From Rubripirellula sp. (GTDB taxonomy: Bacteria > Planctomycetota > Planctomycetia > Pirellulales > Pirellulaceae), in NCBI GenBank assembly GCA_965216875.1, contig OZ244207.1, positions 2,144,001 to 2,208,000 on the forward strand: a DNA stretch of 64,000 bases. Reading direction: 5' to 3'. The position numbers and the translations under genes are program-made. The number at the start of each line of letters is the position of its first letter. Positions within the stretch are counted from its first letter, which is position 1. Positions 50,322 through 59,860 of this stretch are shown piece by piece. The notes beneath the pieces were generated by a model. It was not told the origin of the DNA, ran no database searches, and saw only the letters and a program-made list of their open reading frames with translations.

Positions 50322-50379
50322 CGTATCATATGCAGTCGCCCAGCTTACTACACGCGCGACAGCCAGCCACTGGAAGGTC

Positions 50380-51129
50380 ATGACTGACGAAAACCCCCCG
50401 CCATCGAAATTGCGGTACCGCCGCGTCATCTTAAAACTTAGCGGCGAAAGCCTGGCCGATTCGGGAGGCCGCGGGATTAGCGGTGAAGAGGCCGGCGACA
50501 TCGCTCGCCAAATTCAGCAGGCCCACGCGACCGGCTGTCAGATCGCTGTCGTCATTGGAGGCGGCAACATCCTTCGTGGCGCCCAGTTCTCGGGACGCAA
50601 CGCCTTGGTCCAGGACGCGACCGCCCATTACATGGGCATGATGGCGACGCTAATCAACTCGCTCGCGCTTCAGGATGCGCTTGAGTCGCAGGGGTTGCAG
50701 ACCCGTGTGATGTCGGCCATTCCCGTGGACAAGATTGCCGAGACTTTCATTCGTCGACGAGCGCTGCGGCATCTCGAAAAACGACGGATCGTGATTCTGG
50801 CATCGGGAATTGGCAACCCATTTGTTACAACCGACACTGCGGCCGCCCAACGCGCGCTTGAGCTCGATGCCGATGTCGTGTTGAAAGCGACGCGAGTCGA
50901 TGGGGTGTTCAATGATGACCCCGAAAAGAACCCGCACGCCGTGCTGTACGATTCGCTAACCTACAGCGACGTACAACAAAAGAATCTCAAGGTGATGGAT
51001 GCGACCGCAATCGCTCTATGCCATGAGCACAACAAGCCCATCCTCGTCTTCAATTTCAAGAAAGATGGCAACATTGTTCGCGCGATCTCGGGCGACACCG
51101 TTGGCACCTGGATTGGCAATCAAGAATAA
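50380..51129 (+). CDS. pyrH: UMP kinase
   Basis: [27 protein letters not shown] and DGVF. Confidence 0.97.
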   Translation: MTDENPPPSKLRYRRVILKLSGESLADSGGRGISGEEAGDIARQIQQAHATGCQIAVVIGGGNILRGAQFSGRNALVQDATAHYMGMMATLINSLALQDALESQGLQTRVMSAIPVDKIAETFIRRRALRHLEKRRIVILASGIGNPFVTTDTAAAQRALELDADVVLKATRVDGVFNDDPEKNPHAVLYDSLTYSDVQQKNLKVMDATAIALCHEHNKPILVFNFKKDGNIVRAISGDTVGTWIGNQE

Positions 51130-51168
51130 CACAACCACCATCGTTCACCCTTCCCAAGGACGCTCAAT

Positions 51169-51729
51169 ATGACCGCCGAAGAAACTCTTCTTGACGCAGA
51201 AGACCGCATGGAAAAGGCCGTTTCAGTGCTGGCAAATAACTTGTCAGGGATTCGCACCGGTCGCGCAACCCCCGGACTTGTCGACTCGATCAAAGTCGAA
51301 GTCTACGGTTCATTGACACCGCTGAAACAACTCGCGTCGATCGGTACTCCCGAACCACAACAAATCGTCATCCGCCCCTATGACGCTGGCACGATCAAAG
51401 AAATCGAAAAAGCAATCGTCGCTGGCGACCTCGGATTGAACCCACAGAACGACGGACGATTGATCCGTTTGAACGTGCCACCACTTTCGACCGAAGTGCG
51501 AAAGAAGATGGTCTCGCGCATCAAAGAGCTTGCCGAAGAGGCTCGAATCTCGATTCGCAACATTCGCCGGGACGCAAACAAGGCTGCCGATGCAGCTGAA
51601 AAAGCGAAAGAAGTAAGTGAGGACGATCGCGACAAGCTCAAAGACGAAGTCCAAGAACTGACCAAGAAGTTCGAGACTCAAGTCGGCGAGATGGCCAAAA
51701 CTCGCGAAGCCGAAGTCACCGAAGAATAG
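51169..51729 (+). CDS. frr: Ribosome recycling factor
   Basis: IRTGRA, LGLNPQNDG and SIRNIRRD. Confidence 0.97.
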   Translation: MTAEETLLDAEDRMEKAVSVLANNLSGIRTGRATPGLVDSIKVEVYGSLTPLKQLASIGTPEPQQIVIRPYDAGTIKEIEKAIVAGDLGLNPQNDGRLIRLNVPPLSTEVRKKMVSRIKELAEEARISIRNIRRDANKAADAAEKAKEVSEDDRDKLKDEVQELTKKFETQVGEMAKTREAEVTEE

Positions 51730-51777
51730 CCGCTTCTTTGGCGTCGGCTCTGGCGACCGAGTCTTTCAAAAAACGTT

Positions 51778-51836
51778 GTAGCTACATTCGCAGCCCAATC
51801 AGATGCGTGGATCCACCTTCTGGCGAAGGTAGCTAC
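51778..51836. repeat. REP doublet (family A)
   Basis: gtagctacattcgc ... ccaccttctggcgaaggtagctac between convergent genes. Confidence 0.78.
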
Positions 51837-51839
51837 GAC

Positions 51840-53240
51840 CTAGGCGACTATTTCTTTCACCACGTTCCCGTGGACGGCCGTCAGCCGGAAATCAAATCCT
51901 TTGAAGCGGTATGTCAACCGCTTGTGGTTGATGCCGAGCAGGTGCAGCACTGTGGCGTGAAAGTCGTGCACGTGAAACGGGTCGCGTGCGGCCGTGAAGC
52001 CGAAATCGTCGGTTTCGCCGTAGCTTGCCCCTTTCTTGATTCCGCCACCAGCAAACCAAACAACGCCACTTTTTGTATGGTGGTCGCGGCCACTTCCACC
52101 CTGTGACATGGGTGTACGCCCAAACTCGCCGCCCCAAATGACGAGCGTGTCGTCAAGCAAGCCGCGTTGCCGAAGATCTTTTAACAATGCGGCGCAACCC
52201 TGGTCCGTTTCCTTGGCACGGGACGTCACGCCGCTGACAACGCTGCCGTGGTGGTCCCACTTGGTGTGGTAGAGCTGGACGAACCGCACACCACGCTCGA
52301 CCATCCTCCGGGCCATCAGACAGTTCGCCGCAAAGCTTCCGTTCGGTTTGTCCCCGACCCCGTAAATCTTTTTTGTGTCTGCGGTCTCGCTGGAAAAATC
52401 AGCTAGGTCAGGCACGCTCGTTTGCATCTTGAAGGCGAGTTCATACTGATTGATTCGCGTCGCAATCTCGGGATCAATCGCGTCGCGTTGATGAATCGCA
52501 TTCAATCGATTGATTGCCTCAATCGTTCCCTGCTGACCATGAGGCGAAACGCCCGGCGGCGACTGCAAGTAGTTCAAGGGGGATTGGCTGCTATAGAACT
52601 CAACGCCTTGGTGCTTTCCTGGCAAAAAGCCATTGTGCCAGGCCGTGGTCGGGATCGGCTGGCCGAGTTGCCCTGATCGCATCACAACAAACGCGGGCAG
52701 GTCTTTGGCTTCGCTTCCGAGACCATACGACAGCCACGACCCCATACTTGGTCGTCCCGCAATGCTGAAGCCCGTATTCATGAATGTATGAGCCGGGTCG
52801 TGATTGACTTGATCGGTTTGCAGGGTGCGCACGACGCACATTTCGTCCGCAACGGACTGCAAGTGTGGGAACAGATTGGAAACCGATTGCCCCGATTCGC
52901 CACACTTCTTGAAGCCCACGTCGGTCCCAAAGCACTTCAGCGCCTCGAACTGCAGAAACGCGAGCTTCACTCCATTGGTCAACGATTTGGGGATCGGCTT
53001 GCCATGCAACTTACGCAGCATCGGCTTGTCGTCGAACGTTTCGAACTGACTTGGCCCACCCGACATGTACAAGTAGATCACTCGCTTCGCTTTGGGGGCG
53101 AAGTTCGGAAAGCTATCCGCGGCCTGGTCGCCCATCGCATCGCGCGCCAGCAGCGAGCCGAGCGCCGCGCTGCCGATGCCAGCGGCTGACTGTCCAAAAA
53201 AGTGGCGACGAGTCGTTTGTGTGATGTGGTCGTTGTTCAT
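51840..53240 (-). CDS. DUF1501 family Tat-exported protein (sulfatase-like fold)
   Basis: TRRHFF, AKRVIYLYMSGGPSQ, RPSMGSW, WDHH, GEFGRTP and GRDHH. Confidence 0.93.
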   Translation of the reverse strand: MNNDHITQTTRRHFFGQSAAGIGSAALGSLLARDAMGDQAADSFPNFAPKAKRVIYLYMSGGPSQFETFDDKPMLRKLHGKPIPKSLTNGVKLAFLQFEALKCFGTDVGFKKCGESGQSVSNLFPHLQSVADEMCVVRTLQTDQVNHDPAHTFMNTGFSIAGRPSMGSWLSYGLGSEAKDLPAFVVMRSGQLGQPIPTTAWHNGFLPGKHQGVEFYSSQSPLNYLQSPPGVSPHGQQGTIEAINRLNAIHQRDAIDPEIATRINQYELAFKMQTSVPDLADFSSETADTKKIYGVGDKPNGSFAANCLMARRMVERGVRFVQLYHTKWDHHGSVVSGVTSRAKETDQGCAALLKDLRQRGLLDDTLVIWGGEFGRTPMSQGGSGRDHHTKSGVVWFAGGGIKKGASYGETDDFGFTAARDPFHVHDFHATVLHLLGINHKRLTYRFKGFDFRLTAVHGNVVKEIVA

Positions 53241-56200
53241 TGCCGTGTCAGAAACTCGTGTAAGTTCAATACGCTTCGCGCGACAGCCGTCCAGGCCGCG
53301 ATCTCCGCCGCTGCATCGGATTCGACTGTGGTTGATTGGCCAATCGAAACCAATTCGATCGCCATCTCCGGATGCTCGGCATAGTATCGCAACTGATCGT
53401 CCAAAAGCGATTCAAGCACCTCAACTTCAGCAGGTTGCGGCTTTCGCTGCAGTGTTCGCGAATAGAGTTCGTCCAGCCGCTCAGCCTTCGAGGTGGCCGC
53501 GTCGCAAACCCGCTGTGCAAGCACGCGCCCCGCTTCGACGAACATCGGATCGTTCAACAATGCGAGGGCTTGGCCAGGTGTATTGGTGACGTTCCGCTTG
53601 GCGGTGCATTCTTGTCGTGTTGGTGCATCAAATGCCAACATCGTCGGATGAATGTTCTGTCGCTTCCAAAAGGTGTAGAGGGTACGCGTGTATTGCGAAA
53701 CCTCGGGACTGGTTGCCCAGACCATGTGCCGACTGCCATACATGACTTTGTCCGACCGTGTCCAATAAGCGGACGGCTGGTACGGAAAGAAACTGTCGAC
53801 CGGAATCTCGTTTGTCGCCTGAAGCAACCCAGCCGAACGCAATGCCGTGTCACGAATCTGTTCGGCAGTCATCCGAAACCGACCTTGCCGGGCGTGCCAC
53901 CGGTTTCCTGGGTCACGTTCGGCGAGTTCTTCACTTGGCGTCGAACTCATTTGGTAAGCCTTTGCCGAAGTCAGGATGCGAATCACGTGGTTGCGATCCC
54001 AACCACTCTCGCGAAACTCACACGCCAACCAGTCGAGCAGCTGAAGGTGTGATGGCCAATCACCTTGCGTGCCGGCGTCTTCGAGCGATTCGCTGATTCC
54101 ACGTCCGTAATACTGGTGCCATAAACGATTCACCATCACGCGCGCGACCAAACCCTTAGCATCTTCAAAAAGCCAATTGGCAAGATCGAGCCGATTACCC
54201 ACAGGCTTCGACGAATCGTCAGCAGCCGTCAGGAACTCCGGATAGGCCGCAAAAAGCAATGGGCCAGACTCATCTTGGTAGTCACCGCGATTCAACAAAC
54301 GCGTTTGCTTCGGTTTGTCGGACACGCGAGAGACCAACACCGGCAGCGCCCGCGCTCGATGTTCAAACAGCTCCGACTCGAGTGCACGTAAACGCTCAAC
54401 CTTCCCAGGCTGACTCCACTCAGCCAAAGCGCGACCAACAAGCTCTTGCTCGAGCGAATCGCGCGAACCAGCGCTTTTGCGAATCGCCGAGGCAACGTAT
54501 CCATCTCGTCTTTGGAAAAACTGGCGATTGACCGGAGTTTCCCACCATGCACGCGTCGCAATCTCCGCCAGGCGAAGCGACATCGCCCGACTCACTGTCG
54601 CTTCCAACCCGCTATCGGCCCATTCGACGCGACCACCAACATGCATCCAAGCCATGCCGACCTTTTCGAACGCTTGGCTCTTGTCGGGAGCGATCAGTTC
54701 ATGATGAGGAATCCGTAACCGCACCCAACCGTTTTCCTCCGGCAGGTCCCCCAGACGCTTCACGCGTTTTGCGTTCGACCAAGGATATGATTGACCAAGA
54801 ATCGATTCGCTGTCCTCTCCCCAGTAGTAGGTTTCGTAGTTCCCCGTCTTCCAACCGAGGCGGCCGTATTTCCCGTTCGAAATCTGCACGGCGATCATTT
54901 CGGGGCGTTGTTCCTTGTCGAGCCAAATGTCGACAAACCACGCATCTTTGGTTTCCTCTTTGCTCTTGGAGACTGACAAGTAGCCCGTCATGACTTCCGC
55001 AGCATGGTGCCGAGCCAACTTGCCGTCGCTCGCCGTCGTCACACGCACGTCGCGGCCCTCACGCTGACTCCTGTCGAAATCTCCCTCGAGAATCCGCATC
55101 GCAGGCAAGCGGCCAGCAAGCCAAACAAACTCTTCACGATTGGCCTTGTCACCCAATGCTTTCTTGACGTCTGCAATGAGCGTCTCGCGTTTCGCATCAT
55201 CCAGCGATTGAATCCCCGCATCGATCTCTTTTTGAAGCGACGTGATCTCGGCTGCGATACGTCGATCGAGCTGTCGGACAGTTTCGTCGTTGTGGACGTA
55301 GTGCAATGGCTCGCGTCGATCACCGGGCGTGTAGACGCCTGTTTCAACAAGGTCATCAAAAAACGCTGCCAAACTGTAGTAGTCTCGAGCCGAGAAGGGA
55401 TCAAACTTGTGATCGTGGCACTCGGCGCACCCCGTTGTCATTCCCAGCCAAACCGTCCCAAAGGCCCGGACGTGCTCACCTTTGAGCTTGTAGAGTTGCT
55501 CAGCCTCAATGCCACCCGCCTCGCAATTCGTATTCACGATCCGGTTGTATCCCGACGCAACATATTGATCGTCCGTAGGGTTCGGCTGTAAATCACCAGC
55601 GAGCTGATCACGCGTGAATTGATCGAACGGCATGTTGTTGCGGAAGGCGCGAATCACCCAAGCACGGTACGCGCCCGATGCAATCGGCTCGTCACTGACG
55701 AACCCGCTCGTATCAGCCCAACGGACCAGGTCAAGCCATCGTACAGCTTGGTGCTCGGCAAACGACAACTCCTTCATCCAACGGTCTCGGAACGCAAAGA
55801 ACGCTTCATCCGAAGAATCGTGCTGAAAACGATCGACCTCGTCTTGCGACGGCGGGAAGCCCCGCAAATCGAGACTCAATCGGCGCAATCGTTGACGCGG
55901 TGTGGCTAGCCCAACAGGCTCGGCGTCGTTTGCGATCCAACCGTCACGCAAGAACGCGTCGATCGGCGAATCCGAATCGAGAAAAGAGATGTCCGGCGGG
56001 GTTGGACGTGTCAAAGGACTCCAAGCCCAATGTTCTTGATACTTTGCACCTTGCTCGATCCACCGCCGCACAAGCTCCTTCTCTTTCTTCGACAATTGCT
56101 TTTCAGATGATGGCGGCGGCATCACCAGATCGGGATCGTCGCTCAACATACGTTCGAGGACTTCCGATTCATCAGGCTTGCCGGGCACGATAGCGTATTC

Positions 56201-56398
56201 CGTGGCCGCCTCGAACGTGTCGAGTCGCAAGTCCGCTTCACGGTGTCCTTCATCGAATCCGTGACAGTAGAAGCAGTTGTTGCTAAGTATCGGACGGATG
56301 TCGCGATTGAACTCGATCTCGTCCGCCTGTATGGGCCGCGTTGCGCTGGCAGCAAGAGCGCTCGCCAGCAGAAGGAAACACAATGTCCTTAGAGTCAT
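53237..56398 (-). CDS. PSD1 and planctomycete cytochrome c domain protein (DUF1549/DUF1553)
   Basis: FNRDIRPILSNNCFYCHG, WLDLVRWAD, CAECHDHKFDP, NRLW and QALALLND. Confidence 0.93.
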   Translation of the reverse strand: MTLRTLCFLLLASALAASATRPIQADEIEFNRDIRPILSNNCFYCHGFDEGHREADLRLDTFEAATEYAIVPGKPDESEVLERMLSDDPDLVMPPPSSEKQLSKKEKELVRRWIEQGAKYQEHWAWSPLTRPTPPDISFLDSDSPIDAFLRDGWIANDAEPVGLATPRQRLRRLSLDLRGFPPSQDEVDRFQHDSSDEAFFAFRDRWMKELSFAEHQAVRWLDLVRWADTSGFVSDEPIASGAYRAWVIRAFRNNMPFDQFTRDQLAGDLQPNPTDDQYVASGYNRIVNTNCEAGGIEAEQLYKLKGEHVRAFGTVWLGMTTGCAECHDHKFDPFSARDYYSLAAFFDDLVETGVYTPGDRREPLHYVHNDETVRQLDRRIAAEITSLQKEIDAGIQSLDDAKRETLIADVKKALGDKANREEFVWLAGRLPAMRILEGDFDRSQREGRDVRVTTASDGKLARHHAAEVMTGYLSVSKSKEETKDAWFVDIWLDKEQRPEMIAVQISNGKYGRLGWKTGNYETYYWGEDSESILGQSYPWSNAKRVKRLGDLPEENGWVRLRIPHHELIAPDKSQAFEKVGMAWMHVGGRVEWADSGLEATVSRAMSLRLAEIATRAWWETPVNRQFFQRRDGYVASAIRKSAGSRDSLEQELVGRALAEWSQPGKVERLRALESELFEHRARALPVLVSRVSDKPKQTRLLNRGDYQDESGPLLFAAYPEFLTAADDSSKPVGNRLDLANWLFEDAKGLVARVMVNRLWHQYYGRGISESLEDAGTQGDWPSHLQLLDWLACEFRESGWDRNHVIRILTSAKAYQMSSTPSEELAERDPGNRWHARQGRFRMTAEQIRDTALRSAGLLQATNEIPVDSFFPYQPSAYWTRSDKVMYGSRHMVWATSPEVSQYTRTLYTFWKRQNIHPTMLAFDAPTRQECTAKRNVTNTPGQALALLNDPMFVEAGRVLAQRVCDAATSKAERLDELYSRTLQRKPQPAEVEVLESLLDDQLRYYAEHPEMAIELVSIGQSTTVESDAAAEIAAWTAVARSVLNLHEFLTRQ

Positions 56399-56672
56399 TT
56401 CTTTTTCGTTGCATGAAACACGTTGCAAGCGTCGGAATCCCTACGTCGATGTTCGCCTTGAAAGCGTCCGTCCACCTGCAATCTCGTTGGTGCTAAGAGA
56501 ATGATTGTCCGGTGTCGTTATGTCTTGGACGCCCTCCATTTCCCTTTGTACATTTTGACCATTTCGACCGCCTTTCTAACGCAAAAACACGCAATTCACG
56601 AGAAAACCCAGGCCGCACGTTTTTGCGACCTGGGTCCTCATCACACCACCGGAGAACACACGCAAGGTGGGT

Positions 56673-58175
56673 CTACTTGTCGGATTTCTTGACCGCCACG
56701 AACCGCGACATCTCTTTGTCGCGAACCCGCAGCAGGACGGTCTCGCCCTCCGCAGCGTCCACCTGATCGCGGTAGTCGCTTTCTGAGGTGACGGCTTGCC
56801 GATTCACTTCCGTGATCACCATGCCTGGCCGCAATCCGGCCTGTGCTGCCGATGAGCCAGGATCGACCGAAGCAATCACGACGCCATCTCCACTGCCCAC
56901 ACCCAACTTCTCTGCTTCTTGAGCGTTCAGACTTCGAACGCTCAAGCCGAGTCGACTTTTGGCAGCGATGTTGGTGGTGGAGGCGAGCGTGACTTCCGAA
57001 TCAAGTTTTCCAAGGGTGACACTCAAGTCAATTTCCTTTCCATCACGCAAAACCGTGATCGGCACACTCACCTCGGGCTCCGTCGCCGCTACGCGGTTAC
57101 GGAAAGCGCCAACCCTTTCGACCGACTTGCCATTGAACTCGACGATCACGTCGCCCGCTTCAAGACCAGCTTGCCGAGCCGGAGAATTGGCTGTGACATC
57201 GCCAACCAGCACACCTTGCTTTCCAGCGAGTCCGAACGAATCCGCAAGCTCGGGGGTCAACTGCTGAATAGCAATGCCCAAAAACCCGCGCGTGACCGAT
57301 CCGTTGTTGACGATCTGTTGGTAAATGTTCCCTGCCATGTCGATCGGAATCGCGAACCCAATCCCGTTGTAGGTTCCGCTCCGACTCGCGATCGCCGTAT
57401 TGATCCCGATCACCTCACCACGAAGATTCAAAAGCGGGCCACCCGAGTTCCCGGGGTTGATGGCTGCATCGGTTTGGATGAAGTTCTCGTAATCGACAAT
57501 CCCAACCCGGCTGCGTCCCTTCGCGCTGACGATGCCGGAAGTGACGGATCCAGACAGGCCGAATGGACTTCCGACTGCCAAAACCCATTGGCCCACTTTC
57601 AGATCATCCGAGCTACCCATTTCCAACGTTGGCAGATCGTCCGCCTCAATCCGAATGACAGCGACATCGCTTCGCGGATCTGTTCCGACAACAGTAGCAT
57701 CGAATTTTCGTCCATCCGAAAGCGTGACCCGCACCTTTTCGGCGTCGCTGACAACATGGTTGTTGGTCAAAATGTATCCGTCGTCGGAAACGATAAACCC
57801 TGAACCCTGACCGACCGTACGCGGCATGCTGCCCCCTTGGTTGCGTGGTCTTTGCAGTTCGGGCAACTTGTCACCAAAGAAACGCTTCAACATTTCCTCA
57901 TCAAGACCGCCAGGAAGTTGGCCGTTGCCAGCAACAGGCATCACGGTCTTTTCCACCTGAATAAAGACCACCGCGGGGCTGACTCGCTCGGTCACCTCAA
58001 CGAACGCTTGACTGGTCGCTTCCAACCGAGCCATCGCCGCACTCGGTGCCGCAGTATTGTTTTGGCCAGTGCCTGCAATCGCAGCTGCACCAAGCCCGCC
58101 AGCTGAAAGTAACGCGACGGTCAGAAGCCCGAGCCGTCGGCGCATTGGTTTTCGAGTGTTGGTTTGAATCCTCAT
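56673..58175 (-). CDS. HtrA/DegQ-family (Do) serine endoprotease with two PDZ domains
   Basis: GSGFIV, TNNHV, SDVAV and TDAAINPGNSGG; two PDZ domains. Confidence 0.95.
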   Translation of the reverse strand: MRIQTNTRKPMRRRLGLLTVALLSAGGLGAAAIAGTGQNNTAAPSAAMARLEATSQAFVEVTERVSPAVVFIQVEKTVMPVAGNGQLPGGLDEEMLKRFFGDKLPELQRPRNQGGSMPRTVGQGSGFIVSDDGYILTNNHVVSDAEKVRVTLSDGRKFDATVVGTDPRSDVAVIRIEADDLPTLEMGSSDDLKVGQWVLAVGSPFGLSGSVTSGIVSAKGRSRVGIVDYENFIQTDAAINPGNSGGPLLNLRGEVIGINTAIASRSGTYNGIGFAIPIDMAGNIYQQIVNNGSVTRGFLGIAIQQLTPELADSFGLAGKQGVLVGDVTANSPARQAGLEAGDVIVEFNGKSVERVGAFRNRVAATEPEVSVPITVLRDGKEIDLSVTLGKLDSEVTLASTTNIAAKSRLGLSVRSLNAQEAEKLGVGSGDGVVIASVDPGSSAAQAGLRPGMVITEVNRQAVTSESDYRDQVDAAEGETVLLRVRDKEMSRFVAVKKSDK

Positions 58176-58244
58176 CTAGCTCTCCTTTACCGGGTCGTGC
58201 GAAAAGCGAATGCCACGGTCGTGTACTCGCCGAAGAGCTCCATT

Positions 58245-58261
58245 TGCAACAACTATGCCAA
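58245..58261 (-). promoter_or_regulatory. Sigma-54 (-24/-12) promoter upstream of the HtrA gene
   Basis: Minus strand TTGGCAT-AGTTG-TTGCA; correct GG-N10-GC spacing; about 70 nt before the ATG. Confidence 0.8.
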
Positions 58262-58310
58262 ACGAAAAGTAGGGTGTGTGCTTGCACGCACAAAATCGCC
58301 TCATGTCTTC

Positions 58311-58371
58311 GTAGCTACGCTCGCCAGAGCGTGGAAGACACACCCAACCACCTTCTGGCGAAGGTAGCTAC
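58311..58371. repeat. REP doublet (family A)
   Basis: gtagctacgctcgccagagcgtgg ... ccaccttctggcgaaggtagctac. Confidence 0.82.
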
Positions 58372-58426
58372 GAAACGCGTCGTTTGAGTTGAATACCAGA
58401 CGGAAAGCGCCATATCGATCACGGTT

Positions 58427-58460
58427 GGGGCACGTTGCAGCGCGCGGGGCAGAATGCCCC
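58427..58460. promoter_or_regulatory. Candidate tandem enhancer (UAS) sites for the adjacent bEBP
   Basis: ggggcacgttgcagc and palindromic ggggcagaatgcccc, 19 bp apart, about 170-200 bp upstream of the sigma-54 promoter. Confidence 0.55.
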
Positions 58461-58498
58461 ATCCTTTAACAGAACTAAACCGGCGCAATTCGGCGGAT

Positions 58499-59860
58499 TC
58501 AATCCACGCCGTATTGCTTCAGTTTTCGATACAGCGTTTTTCGATCGAGTCCGAGCCGTCGGGCCGCGTTCGTTTTGTTGCCGTCAACGGCATCGAGGAC
58601 GTGCAGGATGTACCGGCGCTCGACCTCCTCGAGCGGCAACAATTCATTTGGGTCCTCGCCCGCAATCACAACCCGCTTGCCCGAATACTGACTGATCTTC
58701 TCTGGCAAATCATCGATCGCAAGCTTGTCATAGCGAGCGAGCGCCACGGCGCGTTCGATCACATTGCGAAGCTCTCGAACATTTCCTGGCCAACGATAGC
58801 CAAGTAACTTGTCAGCAAAGCCTTCCGAGAGTCCGCTGATCTGCTTGTTGTCCCGAACGGCGAAAAACTCCGCGAAATGTTGTGCAAGCAGCAGGATGTC
58901 CGTGCCACGAGATCGCAGCGGCGGAAGATCAATCTGAATCACGTTGATCCGAAAGAAAAGATCCTCACGGAACCGCTCCTCCTCGACGGCAGCTTGCAGA
59001 TCCCGATTGGTCGCGGTCAGCAACCGAACGTCAAAATCAATTTCGCGATCGCCACCCACAGGACGCAGCTTGCGTTCCTCGAGGGCTCGCAAAAGCTTCA
59101 CTTGCATCGACATCGGCATGTCGCCGATTTCATCCAGAAACAACGTTCCTCCGTCAGCTTGCTGGAACAACCCCTTGCGTCCTGACCGCGCGTCCGTGAA
59201 GGCTCCTTTGGCGTGCCCAAACAGCTCGCTCTCCATCAATTGCTCGGGAATCGCGGCGCAATTCACGGCGACAAAGGGGGCCTGGTGACGTTTGCTGCTG
59301 CGATGGATCGCTTTGGCAACAACTTCCTTGCCCGTGCCGCTTTCGCCGTAGACCAGGACCGAGGTTTCCGTGGCAGCGATTCGCTCAAGTTGGTCATAGA
59401 GTTTCTGCATCGCAGGACTCGCGCCGATCAACTCATCAAAACGCTCGCTCTTCTTGACGACGTCGCTCAACACGCGAACTTGCTTCTGCAGTGCATGATG
59501 TGCAACGGCCCGTTTTAGCGTCAGATTGATTGCCTCCATTTCGACCGGCTTGGTCACGAAATCGTAGGCTCCGGCGCGAATCGCTTGGACTGCCGTCTCC
59601 ATGCTCCCGAATGCGGTCATCACCACAACAGGAATGTCGGAACGATTGGCGACAATCTGTTTGCACAACTCGATGCCGTCCATCACCGGCATCTTCAGAT
59701 CCGTCAAGACGGCATCAAGTTCGAGTTCTTTGGCAGCATCGAGCGCCTCGACCGGATTGGTGAAGGCCACCACATCGTACCCGCGGGTCGCGAGTGCCGA
59801 CTGCAACAACTCGCTCATCGCAGCGTCGTCGTCAACGACCAAGATACGCCCTTCGCTCAT
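58499..59860 (-). CDS. Sigma-54-dependent response regulator (ZraR/AtoC-like)
   Basis: Receiver domain (VDDD, DLKMP), [29 protein letters not shown] and HTH. Confidence 0.94.
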   Translation of the reverse strand: MSEGRILVVDDDAAMSELLQSALATRGYDVVAFTNPVEALDAAKELELDAVLTDLKMPVMDGIELCKQIVANRSDIPVVVMTAFGSMETAVQAIRAGAYDFVTKPVEMEAINLTLKRAVAHHALQKQVRVLSDVVKKSERFDELIGASPAMQKLYDQLERIAATETSVLVYGESGTGKEVVAKAIHRSSKRHQAPFVAVNCAAIPEQLMESELFGHAKGAFTDARSGRKGLFQQADGGTLFLDEIGDMPMSMQVKLLRALEERKLRPVGGDREIDFDVRLLTATNRDLQAAVEEERFREDLFFRINVIQIDLPPLRSRGTDILLLAQHFAEFFAVRDNKQISGLSEGFADKLLGYRWPGNVRELRNVIERAVALARYDKLAIDDLPEKISQYSGKRVVIAGEDPNELLPLEEVERRYILHVLDAVDGNKTNAARRLGLDRKTLYRKLKQYGVD

